A stretch of 64,000 nt of DNA from Pseudogymnoascus verrucosus (taxonomy: Eukaryota). The stretch lies in the NCBI GenBank assembly GCA_001662655.1, contig KV460227.1; one strand, written 5' to 3'. Position 1 is the stretch's first letter; each line of letters opens with the position of its first letter. Positions 11,302 to 23,383 of the stretch are shown piece by piece. A program made the position numbers and the translations under genes. Under the pieces are notes generated by a model that ran no database searches, was not told the DNA's origin, and saw only the letters and a program-made list of their open reading frames with translations.

Positions 11302-12864
11302 TCAAGGAAATGGTAGAGGAGCAGATGGCACACAAGTTACATCTAAGCCCGGCGTCCCACCCGGAATCGCAGTATACAAGAACGGACCCATCAAGTTCTC
11401 CTCCCACGACACATGCACGCCAACATCAGCAAAGGCAGGTTCCACCGTCTTCATGTGCTCGATCTCCTCCACTCTCCCCGGTGGTATCGGACTCACGAGA
11501 CCAATCGTTACGCTCCGAAGCTTGGGAAAGCTTCCTGGTGCCACCGACGCGAGGTGCATCAAATCTTCATACATGCTCTTGTACACATACGTGAAATGCA
11601 CCATTTGAATCGAAGGTGGCAGCAGCGTCTCCAGTCGTTCTGTGCCTGTAGAAGTGTCGGACTTGCGGTAGAGTAATGCCTGGTCAATAACGAGTTCCTC
11701 GAGCTGGGTGAGCTCCCGCAACGATGTGACAAGTGGAATAGTTTCATAGTCCTCGTCATCTAACACGCTCTCGTAACCGGTTGGAACAGGGTTCGGTAAA
11801 AATCCAAAACAGAGCTTCTTGAGCCTCTTATCCGTTTGAGAGAATGTGCGTACAATGTCGGGACAATCATACCAGAAGTGGATATAGTACACAAGGTCTT
11901 CCAGTTCTACACAGCGCTCTATCAACTTCTCAAAACCTTCGCTTGGAAGCTCATCCAGCACTAGCTTCCGCAGCTTGCTTACAGCTAGGTCTTCTGACCA
12001 CGGATCCCCGTCGTTGTAATCAAACGACAATAAAAGCGTACTTGCTATTGCGTTACCACGGCAGTCTAGCGCATATAACGTCTGTAGATTTGGCGCAGCA
12101 GTGAGGAAGGGGTGGATCTGGAACAAATAGTAATCAGACCGCTGGGCACCACGGAGTGCAAGCGTCTTAAGCGCCGGCAGTGCCATTTTATTATCCGCAT
12201 ACCAAGACCAATCCAACTCATCGAGGTATTCGCACATATACATTAGCGTCTCCGTGCGCGGCGTCAGCGCGATGGCAACGCCCATAAGCCACTTGTGGAA
12301 CTCGAGGCGATTCTCATTGAAACGCCCAGGCTGGGCTTCATCAGTCCAAACTTCGAGATATTTACCGGTCCAGCCGTCCCAGCTCCAGCCAGTTGGGAGC
12401 TCGAAACCAAGCGCGCTTCCAGCATCGCCGAGAATTTTCATTAGCTCAGGCGTGCAGACGTCTTGCACGCCTGAGCTCTTGAGTTGCAGAGATTCCACGC
12501 AGGCTGCTAGATCGGGGCGGGTAATCAGGCTGCGGATGAAGACAGCGAGCTTGTCATCTTCTAAGTCCCAGGACTCCCTGTTCCACGAGTCATAGTGATC
12601 GGAAAATTCGGTATCGACCGACCGAGCGAGATTACCGCATGCGTAGTAGTGAAAGAGGATGGGTTGTGCTATGGCGCATAATGTCTTTGACGAGCGGCAC
12701 ATGCGCGCCAGCGTAACCTTTTCGGTGCGGGCCTCCGTGGTATTTGAGTTGGGGAATACTCCTGGATTCTGGCAGTGAGAGCATAGGTAGGAACATATTT
12801 GGGCGATTATTTCGTTTGGCACTGAGTAAGATACCATATTCGGAGTGTGTGGCGGAACGGACAT
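11302..12864 (-). CDS. F-box-like / LRR-like protein of unknown function, 520 aa, intronless
   Basis: N-terminal VPNEIIAQICSYL..TLARMCRSSKTLCAIAQPILFH; LITRPDLAACVESL; repeated LxxLxL motifs. Confidence 0.75.
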   Translation of the reverse strand: MSVPPHTPNMVSYSVPNEIIAQICSYLCSHCQNPGVFPNSNTTEARTEKVTLARMCRSSKTLCAIAQPILFHYYACGNLARSVDTEFSDHYDSWNRESWDLEDDKLAVFIRSLITRPDLAACVESLQLKSSGVQDVCTPELMKILGDAGSALGFELPTGWSWDGWTGKYLEVWTDEAQPGRFNENRLEFHKWLMGVAIALTPRTETLMYMCEYLDELDWSWYADNKMALPALKTLALRGAQRSDYYLFQIHPFLTAAPNLQTLYALDCRGNAIASTLLLSFDYNDGDPWSEDLAVSKLRKLVLDELPSEGFEKLIERCVELEDLVYYIHFWYDCPDIVRTFSQTDKRLKKLCFGFLPNPVPTGYESVLDDEDYETIPLVTSLRELTQLEELVIDQALLYRKSDTSTGTERLETLLPPSIQMVHFTYVYKSMYEDLMHLASVAPGSFPKLRSVTIGLVSPIPPGRVEEIEHMKTVEPAFADVGVHVSWEENLMGPFLYTAIPGGTPGLDVTCVPSAPLPFP

Positions 12865-12969
12865 GGGGAAGAGGCAGTTGGCTCTCGTTAAAAGAGGTTA
12901 ATAGTAAAAGACTTGTTTTTAAAGCTAGAAGCTTTGCTAATGCCTATTATTATATATCTATGTAGGTGA

Positions 12970-12976
12970 TGACTCA
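12970..12976. promoter_or_regulatory. TGACTCA bZIP (Gcn4/CpcA/AP-1) site ~105 bp upstream of the F-box-like gene
   Basis: Perfect TGACTCA adjacent to a TATA-like TATTATATAT at ~12948. Confidence 0.35.
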
Positions 12977-13335
12977 CTTAGAAGGCAGACGCTCAGAGGA
13001 GCTGATGGGCGGATACGCGCTGTTGCTATCCGGCGGTTAAAGTCCAAAGGTTAAATAAAGATTAAAAGTGCAGGGTGCAGATGTGCTCTTTGTAGGAAGT
13101 GGCGAAGAAGGGGGTGTTTGGTAGTATATCTGCACACGGATCAATATATCATGTTCAGCCCAAGACAAATAAGACGCAACATAATGAAGGACAATCATCC
13201 CTGGTTCAATCCCTCATCTATATTTCCAGCTACTCCATCACAAACAACTACCTCGCTCGTATCATCGGTGGTATCTACAAGTACACAAAAATCCTCGTCT
13301 CATCCTCATTCACACCAGCATATTCATAGACCATC

Positions 13336-16300
13336 TCACTTCTTCTCCGCCGCCTTCTCCTCCACCTCCTTCTCATCTTTCGTCCCCTCCTCGGCCTCCA
13401 CCTCTACTTCCGCAGCTTCCTCACTGTCCACACCAGGACTCTCTATAATGAGGGTCTCACTCTCTACCACCCCGTTCGCCACAGCTATATCCCCATTCAC
13501 CACCTCACTTACAACTTCGTCAGGTGAAATCGGTAGAGGTGGGTTAGGTGGGGAGCCACTGATTTCCACTACTGGTGTGGGTGGTAAAGGCGGTTCGGGG
13601 CTCGTTGTGGCCGCAACCTCGGTGGTCGCATGGGTTGTAGCGACGACAGGCACTTCAGCAACAGGAAGTGTCCTATTCGTCGCGGTAGTGAGAATAGAAT
13701 CACCCAAATCGCCAGCGCCATCAAGCTTGCTGATTTTAGCAGCAAAGTGCTGAGCATCACGAAGCATTCTGGATGACTGTTAGTGAAGTTCACACAGAAT
13801 AGAAGCATCAGGGCAAACGAACCTCTCCTTCCCCCTCTCCGTCGTCACCGGAGCCTCCCGGAACGCCTTCCCCAGCTGCTCCATATAACTTCCAAACACC
13901 GGCTCCATAATCCCCAACACCGTCTCCTCAGGCATATGCTTACTCAGCACGCGATGCAACGTCCCGGTCTCCTTGGTAAGCGTATCCATGTACGCGCTCA
14001 CCGCCTTGTCACCTGCGGAATCATCATCCCACACGATCGCCCGCATGGCGCGGAGATGCAGCGTCGCGCGCCCGGCCATAATCTCAACCAGCTTCTCCGA
14101 GATACTCGCCTGGTGCTCCTGCAGCGCGCGTCGGACCTTGTCGAAATCGCCCATTAGCCCTGCGGCCGACGCTCCCGCGCCGAGGTGTCGCCGGACGAAC
14201 TCACGCAGGTGCGGAATCAGTGTGGCGACGAAGCCGAGAGCGCGCGAGGCGAGCGCGAGATGTTTGGTTGTGATATTTTTGAGGCCGACGATCTTGGTGG
14301 CGCCGGCGCCGAGGATGAGTTGTGTGCAGCGGCTGTTGAAGAGTTGGATGTAGGCCAGGAGGAGGGGGGAGACATCGGAGGTGAGAGAGGGGATGCCGGT
14401 GATGAGTTCGAGGTAAGGGGAGAGGCCGCGGAGGCAGATGATAGCAGACGAAGGGAGGAGGAAGGTCTCTGCCTCGATGGTTGCGGGACGGATTTTCTCG
14501 CGCGCTGAGGCGGTTTGGGAGGGGTCGGCGGGGGTGGGAGCGCCGTTGGGGAGGGTGGAGTCGTTGGATTCATCGTAGGGGAGCCAGACTTTACTGCCGA
14601 TGCTCCAAGCGGCGGGGTCACGGTCGCTGCCTTCGAGGATGCGTTCTAGGTAGACGCCGTCGCTCTCGGTGAAGTCTTTCGCGGCCCAGAGGTCAGCATC
14701 CATGCCTTGTGCTAGGGCTTGCTGCTGGGAGTTGCTGAGGAGTTGGATGAAGTCTTTGATCTGGTTATTCACGACGTTCTTCAGGACCGTTCCGCTCCTG
14801 CCTGACACAGCTTCGCATTCGTTGGCAAAAAGGAGGTTGAGTGTGAAGTATCGCAGGAATCTTGTCGGTTGTTGGCGGACACTTTGCTCCGTGCGGACTC
14901 TGAGTACTTTGACGATCTGGTTCTGTGCAATGTCCACGGCTTGGCCAAGAAGATTTGACATGTCAAGAGCTTGGTGTAATTCCTCCTGTATATGCCTCCT
15001 TTCCTCGGTTGCCTTGCCACCGCTAACACGGTCTTCAATCGACCCAAGATTTGGTGTCCTAGGGGGTGACCTGGGGCCACCCATGGAAGGTGACCCTGGC
15101 GGAGGCGAACCCGGTGATGACCCATCCAATGTACTCGTTACATCAAGTAAGACCTTCACCTGAGTGCCCACTCTCCTCAGGGTTTCTCCGACACCAATAT
15201 AAATCTTCACCAGAGTCTCTTCAGCTGACTCAGGATCTAAATTCCGTAAATTGCGCGCCAGGATAGCAGATCTGTCTTGTTGACTGCGTGGTTTGTTTCC
15301 TCCCACAGTAGACATTGACATCACGGAATCCGTATCATCGTCATTGGAGCTAGGTAGTGGCCGTTTGATAATCGATTTTATCTCGTGCAAGACGGCATCT
15401 CGATATGCTGTCGTAGCCGAAGACGTGTGGTTGGCTCGATATAGACCATTGATATTTGATAGTAGATCGGCTCTGAACTCATTGTTCGTCGTCAGGTACG
15501 AAGGAAACGCGGACTTTTCACGATTATGTCCGCCCCGTGTGCGTTGTGAAGCATTGCTCCACCGTTGTAGGGTGTCATTGACTGGCGTGGATTCGATGTG
15601 TTGTCTGATGTCGCCAAGCATTGATTTGATAAACCTCGATTCAAATGTCTTACCAATTCGGAACCGCAGAACAGTGAGGTCATTGTCGACCCCTTGTAGA
15701 GCCGTCGCCCCTGAAAGGTCGCGCAGTTGGTCTTGCTCGGGGACATCCAGCACTTTGGCATCTCCATTCAACTGCTCACCATGGATAAGCCTCTCAAGAG
15801 CATCTATCGCGTCAAGTGCTCGTTCCACCTCTTCACTTTCAACATATGATTCGCAAAGGCCTAGACCAGCCACGACGGACTTTAGTTGCTGAACAGCATC
15901 CGCCAGCTGCTTGAGATTCTCCCGTCGGCGTCTCTGCTTGACAATTTCCATGCCTCCCAATGCCATCTCCTTGTCAAGTTCGTCCAACTCGTCACGCAGC
16001 TGCTTTATTCTGGCCACAGAGTCTGCGGCTTCGGAGTGTAGCTCACGCAAGGATCCTAGAGCAGCAAAAAATGAATAGGATGCAGTCGAGATTGCGGAAA
16101 TTAAGTGCACCTCAATTGTGTCCATATACCACGACAGTTTCTCTTGTAATATTGCGTTTGTCGCCAGAGCCTTCCTGGGGCCGGCTACATTTCCGTTTGA
16201 CTGTTTCCGTTCCTCTGGCGCCCCTGGGACAGGCCGAACGACTTCCGACCGTTCGCTGACAACGTCAAATATGCGGGGATTCTCGAGTCGAAAGTCATCG

Positions 16301-17041
16301 TCGAAATAAACGGTAGGTATTGTCGCAAGGGGCGCAGGACCTTGTGCGGCTCGTTTCCCAGGTCCAGCACTTGAACGTCTCCTGGGTGACTGGGAATCAT
16401 TGGGTGCCAACGAAGACAACGATGCCAAGGACGACTTCCTTGATATATCTGGCCTTCCGTTATCGTTTGACTCCAGTAGATCCGCAAACTCGTCGCTCTT
16501 ATTACTCCCTCGTCGTATTATCCGCAATCCCTCCTCGTCCTCGCTATCTTTCGCCCGCTGTAGAGAGTTCGACAGTGCGCTAATCTGCGCCAGATACGGC
16601 TTGAATACCGCCGGGTCAATATGGGGAATATTTGTGAGCGTTACTGGCGGGATATCTCGAGCGGTGGGTGGTTTATGCGCACTGGACGCTGGAGCTGAAG
16701 TATGAGCGATTAGGCCTGTTCTCACAATTGGCGGCTGTAGGAGTGTCGATATAGCTAAAGAATTGTTAGTTACTGCGACAAGCTCGTCGCACAACGGGCA
16801 GCCTACCATTCTGTCCTGCTTCTCTCACTGTTTCCGACCACGGTCCCGACGAGCTGTCCAGGGCCCCTCCTATTGACGTTACGGAGCTCGCCGTCGACAG
16901 GCGCCGGGAGTTGTAGCGGGTGGTAGAGCTGTTTCGAGAGGGAGGATCGTATCGCGGGAACGCATATTCGCTCTGGCTCTGCCCATGAGATGGCGGGGAC
17001 GTTGAACTCCCGGGGGACTTTCGAGGGTTTGAGGCGGACAT
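13336..17041 (-). CDS. VPS54: GARP complex subunit Vps54; introns 16755-16806 and ~13777-13822
   Basis: LQEKLSWYMDTIEVHL..FFAAL; FNSRCTQLILGAGATKIVGLKNITTKHLALASRAL (Vps54 domain); canonical splice sites; acidic C-terminal tail. Confidence 0.92.
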
Positions 17042-17389
17042 GGCGTTGAGCTTGAGGCCACGGAGGCCGCGCAAGAGCTGCTACTCTCCGGTATTGTTGA
17101 CATCCAGCGATCCGTCACCGAGGCGTCATACCTAGCAATTGGATATTGAAGAATTAAGAATTGTGCACTTCGAATATAGGCGTAGAGTGCGACATGAAGT
17201 TGTATAAGCTGTACAATGGGGCTCTATTATATTTCCTGGTATGGACTTTGTCCCTTTGTCTTGCTCGATTGATGCTCCCGGGTCACCGTAGCGGATTTTG
17301 GTTGATCCTAGCCACACAGCCTCATCTGAAGAAACACCCCGGACGGGACGCACAGATAGGAATTGACAAGTCACTCCTGCAGCCACTTT

Positions 17390-17443
17390 ACGCGAGAAAT
17401 CGCGTCGCGTCAAGACTCTAAATCCTCCCTTTCAAAGACGCGT
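17390..17443. promoter_or_regulatory. MCB-like (ACGCG core) G1/S elements in the VPS54/MCM5 divergent promoter
   Basis: ACGCGA 17390, TCGCGT x2 at 17400-17410, ACGCGT 17438. Confidence 0.65.
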
Positions 17444-17572
17444 TCCCCCCCTTGTGCTATCCCCGCCATCTCCTCCAACATCAACGCTTAAACGCTTCAA
17501 CTTTACGACCATTGCGCCAGGGACAACGAGGACTATACTATCGACTTCATACTTTCATAAGAGTCCCGCAAT

Positions 17573-19838
17573 ATGGATCGCCAATCGGTATATACCACGA
17601 GCGTGTACCAGCCCAACTATGGCGAAGAAGACGGTGAAGTGCGTGCGCAGATCCTGTTGAAGCTGCAAAGTTTCATTTTGGAATTCCAACTGGGCACTGC
17701 ATTCATTTACAGGTAGGAGAGCTCACAAAGATAACTCATCTTCGTGTTCTAACCTTGCGCAGAGACCAACTTCGTGCAAATGTGATGAAGAAACAATACT
17801 TCTGCGACGTGGATATCGGCCATTTGATCTCATTCAACGAAGAGCTCGCACACAAGCTAGTCACCGAGCCCGGAGAGATTATTCCTCTGGTATTACTCCC
17901 TCCTTGCCCCGCCTAGTGTTTGCAATACTGACTGGCTCCCAGTTTGAAGCTGCCCTCAAAAACTGCACACACCGGAGTATATACGCAGCCCAAAAGGAGA
18001 TTGATCTTCCCGAACACCAGCTTCTCATTCACTCTAACGCCGCGGAGCTCTCGATCCGTGATCTTGGCGCCGTAAAAATATCCCAGCTTGTGAGGGTTCC
18101 TGGCATTGTCATCAGTGCCTCGGTTCTGTCGTCAAAATCGACAGTGGTCTATGTCCAATGCAAGAATTGCTCGCACACACAAACCATATCAGTTGGAGGT
18201 GGATTTTCGGGTGTCACATTGCCTAGGAATTGTGGAAGAAGTCGGGATGGAGTGTCTGACAACTGTCCTATGGACCCATATTTTATCGTTCACGAGAAAT
18301 GCCAATTCGTTGACCAACAGATCCTCAAGCTCCAGGAAGCTCCTGACCAAGTTCCGGTAGGAGAACTTCCTCGACATGTCCTCATCACAGCCGATCGTTA
18401 TCTTACCAACCGCGTTGTTCCTGGGTCGAGATGCACAATAACGGGCATCAGTTCTACTTTCCAATCAAAGGCTTCCAAGTCCGCTACAACCACATCAGCT
18501 GTAGCAATCAGGACACCTTACTTAAGAGCTGTTGGAGTCGACAGCGATGTTGACCAAACGGCAAAGGGAAACTCTACCCTGACAGAAGAGGAAGAAGCTG
18601 AGCTCCTCGAGATGAGCCGCATGCCCGACCTCTACAACGTCTTAGCGGACTGTATTGCACCTTCAATTTACGGAAACAGAGATATTAAGAAGGCGATTGC
18701 ATGTCTTCTTTTCGGCGGCTCTAAGAAGATTTTGCCAGATGGAATGAAACTTCGTGGCGACATCAACGTTCTGCTTCTGGGAGACCCCGGAACGGCCAAA
18801 TCGCAACTGTTAAAGTTCGTCGAGAAGGTTGCGCCAGTCGCCATCTACACATCCGGCAAAGGTTCCTCCGCCGCTGGTCTTACAGCATCTGTCCAGCGTG
18901 ACCACTCAACGCGTGAATTCTACCTCGAAGGCGGAGCCATGGTTCTCGCTGACGGCGGCGTCGTCTGCATCGACGAGTTCGACAAGATGCGTGACGAGGA
19001 CCGCGTCGCAATCCACGAAGCCATGGAACAGCAAACCATCTCCATCGCCAAAGCCGGCATCACCACGATCCTCAACGCCAGGACCTCCGTGCTAGCAGCC
19101 GCCAACCCAATTTTCGGCCGCTACGACGACCTCAAGAGCCCGGGAGAGAACATCGACTTCCAAACCACCATTCTCTCGCGTTTCGACATGATCTTCATCG
19201 TGCGCGACGAGCACGAGCGCGGTCGCGACGAACGCATCGCCAAGCACGTTATGGGGATCCACATGGGCGGCCGCGGCGCCGAAGACCAGGTCGAGTCCGT
19301 GATCCCTGTCGACAAGATGAAGCGCTACATCAACTACTGCAAGACGCGCTGCGCGCCTCGCCTCAGTCCCGAGGCGGCCGAGAAACTCTCCAGTCACTTC
19401 GTGCAGCTCCGCAAGCAGGTCCATGCCAGCGAGATGGAGAGCAACCAGCGCAGCTCCATCCCGATCACGGTCCGTCAGCTGGAGGCTATTATTCGTATCT
19501 CGGAGGGCCTGGCAAAGATGACGCTCTCGCCTGTGGCGACGACGGAGCATGTTTCGGAAGCGATTAGGCTGTTCTTGGCGTCGACGATGGATGCGGTTAA
19601 CCAGGGGAAGAGTCAGGGCTCGAAGGAGCTGAATGAGGAGGTGCTGAAGCTGGATGTTGAGCTCAAGAGACGTCTGCCTCTTGGATGGAGTACCAGTTTG
19701 GCGTCGCTGAAGAGGGAGTTTGTTGAGAGGAAGGGGTACACGGAGGGGGGGCTGAATAGGGCTCTGTTGGTGCTGCAGAGGAGGGATAAGATACAGTTCC
19801 GCAACCAGGGTTCGCAGGTTTTTAGGACTGCGGTTTAA
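17573..19838 (+). CDS. MCM5: DNA replication licensing factor Mcm5; introns 17713-17762, 17890-17942
   Basis: MDRQSVY start; [44 protein letters not shown] arginine finger; ITVRQLEA. Confidence 0.97.
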
Positions 19839-20544
19839 ATTTGCGTACGTGTGGGGGTTGTAGAGGATGTGTGATGATAACGTGTGCCATGGATGGTATT
19901 GATGGGTTGCGAGGCGATGGATGGTGCATGGGAAGGATAGACGAGGATAAATGGGCTATGATAATGCCAAAGGGGGCTGGGGTAGGAAGGCGTCATGGAC
20001 GGATATGCTGGTTATATATGGCGTTCACAATCGTTAAGAATAATAAGATGAGATACCAGTTATCCCAATGGCCTAAACACCTCATGTCTCGATTGGAAAC
20101 TGTCGAACTTTTTAGCACTAATAGCCTCTAGAACTATTCGCCATACTTACAAACTCCTCATACACCCACCCTTCATTCCCAAACTCACCGGAGAAAATGG
20201 CGTAGCCAATCGACCATCACCGCCCACCTCCTATCCTCCAGGCGCCCACAAGACTCAGCCCTTCCCATCATCGCCAACTTCGAGTAGCAGCCAAAGTGGG
20301 AGTCTCAGCACATATTTAAAAAGCCCAAGCGCAATTCTCAAATATATAACCTCACAGACTGGACATTTCGATGAAATCAAATGTGGCCGCTGCTAAATAC
20401 AGATTCCTCAGCTATTCATCGAGTATAGTAAACCGCCGAAATGATATCGTAGGCGCTATCATGCTCAGTCTGTCACCGATTATAGATTCTCACCGGCCAT
20501 GAATTCCTGTCACCGCCCATCCTTCATCAGCGCAACATATGCTG

Positions 20545-20979
20545 TCACCCTAAATATCCCAGTGAACCACGTTCGAAAAGCATACCCCACATCACCGTCA
20601 GATGAGTACATAATAATTGCTGTGTAGGTCTTTCCGAGCCCCATTCTATCTCCCTGGGTATTCCCTGAAAGCGACCTCCACATAGCCCATAACGCTGAGC
20701 TTGAATAAAAAAACTAACCTCAGTCCAACTTCCACTCTTAGATTCGAACGCGGCTTTATACGGCACAATCTTGCCATCTATAATAGTAGTTCGTTTGAGC
20801 CCATCAATCTTTCCCTCCTCATATAACTTGATAACAGCCCTGATGTTTTTGTGCTGCCGCTCTGGCTGGTAATTGGGGTTGCTTGGGTCGAGGAAGCCTT
20901 GGAGTTCTTTGATGCGGGCTTGGACGTCGAAGACGGGGGTGATTGGCATGGAGGGGGAGAATTCGACCTTGTCTGTCAT
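20545..20979 (-). CDS. Hypothetical protein (3' structure uncertain)
   Basis: Good start context (ACCATG) MTDKVEFSPSMPITPVFDVQARIKELQGFLDP.. with coding-like composition to ~20719; possible GTTAGT donor at 20718; downstream exons unresolved. Confidence 0.5.
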   Translation of the reverse strand: MTDKVEFSPSMPITPVFDVQARIKELQGFLDPSNPNYQPERQHKNIRAVIKLYEEGKIDGLKRTTIIDGKIVPYKAAFESKSGSWTEVSFFIQAQRYGLCGGRFQGIPREIEWGSERPTQQLLCTHLTVMWGMLFERGSLGYLG

Positions 20980-21725
20980 GGTGGTTATGTTTTTACTTTT
21001 GTGCTCTTGTTTTGTGAGGCGTGTGGTGTGTTGTGATTTGGTTTTTGTTGTGTTGAGGTTATTTGGTATTGCTTTAAAAATCGCCTGATTATATTGTAAT
21101 ATTTCCAAATTTCAAGATCACCGCTTTATAATCAAGATCAAGGGCATACTAGCAGAGTATTTGTATACAAACACAGCTAGGACTGCCGATGTTGAATATA
21201 AACTCCAAACCCCCAAAATAACTCACAAAATCACTCACCAACTTTCTGATCCTCCAGTCTCTGACCTTCCAGGCTTTCCTTTCGCCCGATAAGTATCTCT
21301 GGTTCTTCCCACAGCTTCTTACGCAAGTACTGTATGTGCATGAGTGGCAGTGAGCCACGCAGCAGCAGCGGCATGGAGCGGTGACAAGAACGAGTCGGCG
21401 GTGAGAATAGGGGTTGAAAATCGTGCATAGTGCTTAGAGTAAAGTTTAAAGAATGTGATTTTCATTTGGGATGTGAGATCAGAGTAGGTAACGTCCAATG
21501 CATATTGTTTCTGATTCTTTGTTATCTTTGGAGATTGGTCTGAGCAGGAAGGATTGATTCGGCTTTTGAACCTCACTATCTTTGCCTCAGCCAAGGGATG
21601 GGAGTGTTGTTGTCAGCACAGGGGAGTTTGAGCTACCAGAAGTGAGGGGTATACATATCAACTATAATATCAAGTTTAAATCCACACAGATATTATATTC
21701 ACTACCCCCGCTTCTCTCCACCCCA

Positions 21726-22753
21726 TCACCGCCTCACCGCACCCAACTCCCACCTCCACCACCCCTTAAAATCCTGGGTATGCACCTCAATCCCCAACTC
21801 CTTCAACGCCCTCGTACTCAAATGACAGTCAAACGGTCTCTGCACCCCCGTATTCCCCTCATTCCCCTTAACATCCTTCTCCATCTTCTCCAGCCCCAAC
21901 CCCATTAAATGCGCAAACATCTCACACATCTCATACTTCGTATACAGATCCTCCGCCGAAAACTGCAGTACGCTCGGCAACCCCTCCGCCTCCCCAGCTT
22001 CGATCTTAGAAGTGTAGAGCGCGGCGATATCAGCAATCACCCTCCCTACATCCTCGGTGTTGGTTGGGAAACGCTTTGCCCATCCGTCCATTACTACTTT
22101 CTCCTTCTGAGCCTTCCACACAGCATCAACCAAACAATTCACCGCGCTATCAGCATGTTTATCCGCCTTCCCATACAGCACCGGCACCCGCAACACCACG
22201 CCCTTCCCCTTCCCTCCCGCAGCGGCATAAGCTTCCTCAACCGCCTTCTCGCCCTCAAGCTTCGTAATCCCGTATAAATTCGTCGGCGCGGGCGTGGCGG
22301 AGGTCTCGTAGGGAGCCTCGCCGGGGGCGCCGGAGAAAACGTAGTCGGTGCTGATGTAGATGAGGACGACGCCACGCTTGGCGGTTTCCTCGGCGAGAGA
22401 GCGGGTCGCGGCTACGTTGATGGCGCGGGCGGCGGCGGGGTCGCGGTCGCAGGAGTCGGGGAAGCGGTTTGCTGCGCCTGGGGGGTGTTAGTGTCAGCTT
22501 CCCTCGAGTGTGTAAAGTTCCCGAGGGAGGGGAGGAAGGGCGGCGTACAATGCACAACGACGCTGGGCTTCACATCATCGAGTGATTTGGCTACGGCGGC
22601 GGCGTCGCTGAGGTCAACGGCCAGGATGGCGGGGGGATTGGCGCGGGTGAGGCCTGTGCCGGTTACGGACCAGGATTTGCGGTTGAATGCTGTTGTGACG
22701 GCGCGGCCGAGGAGGCCAGAGGCGCCTGTTACGAGGGCTGTTTGGGAGGACAT
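21726..22753 (-). CDS. RmlD-like NAD(P)-binding protein (methionine adenosyltransferase 2 beta-like); intron 22478-22548
   Basis: LVTGASGLLG Rossmann motif; HCAANRFPD across the intron; IYISTDYVF; NLYGITK (YxxxK); LRVPVLYG; RFPT; RPFDCHL. Confidence 0.88.
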
Positions 22754-23257
22754 GGTGGTGGGTGTTGTGGTGAGGTTGGGAGTTGGGATGAGGTTGAGGT
22801 TGAGATGGAGGGGTTATATGGGAAGCGGATGCGGGAGGGATGGGATGATGTCACGGTGCTTGGATTATGCTTGGGGTTTTGTTTACTTTGGAGAGGAATA
22901 GTGCATAAAATAAATAAGTCTTAATTCAATATTATGGACGCTTTTGTTGACATTTGTCCAGTGCAAACCGATCTGAGTGAAGCATTGTTTATAGCGTTGT
23001 TGCCTTGACGCATTGTGCTTCATATTCGCCTTCATATAGCCCAAGGCACCAGTGTGCCAGTCCATCAGGATATCCTCCAAGAATCCCTACCTCCTCCAGT
23101 TCAAAGCCCAGTATCGTATCCAGTATCCATCATCCTGTCCATCATCCGCAGTATATTGCTGTCGACATCCCCATCCATCTTCTTCTTCTCCGCAACCACC
23201 CATCAAGAGCAGCACGCGATGAAAAACGCAAAGGTGTTTATTCTCTCTCGAGAAAGT

Positions 23258-23383
23258 CATGTTCCAAAGATTCCCTCCCAGTCCTAGAACCGAGAGGAGC
23301 GGTCATAGTTATAGTTTTCAACTAGCAAAAATGTGATCTCGGACGAATCCTCACTGATACACATAAAGCCCGTGCACTAGGTT
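23258..23383 (-). ncRNA. U4: U4 spliceosomal snRNA (ends approximate)
   Basis: Minus strand AACCTAGTGCACGGGCTTTATGTGTATCAGTGAGGATTCGTCCGAGATCACATTTTTGCTAGTTGAAAAC..GGGAATCTTTGG matches fungal U4 hallmarks: UGCACGGG stem II, AUCAGUGAGGAUUCGUCCGAGAU kink-turn loop, UUUGCU stem I, 3' Sm site; TATAAAG at 23436-23442. Confidence 0.93.

Noticed and set aside
21448..21520. Possible C/D box snoRNA (AAAGAA..GTGATTT..CTGA..TTCTTT)
   Set aside because: C box has two mismatches and no rRNA-complementary guide could be recognised; needs snoscan/Infernal
23005..23325. ORFs of 90-106 aa overlapping the U4 locus
   Set aside because: Antisense to U4 and the MAT2B-like promoter; non-ATG starts and no domain features
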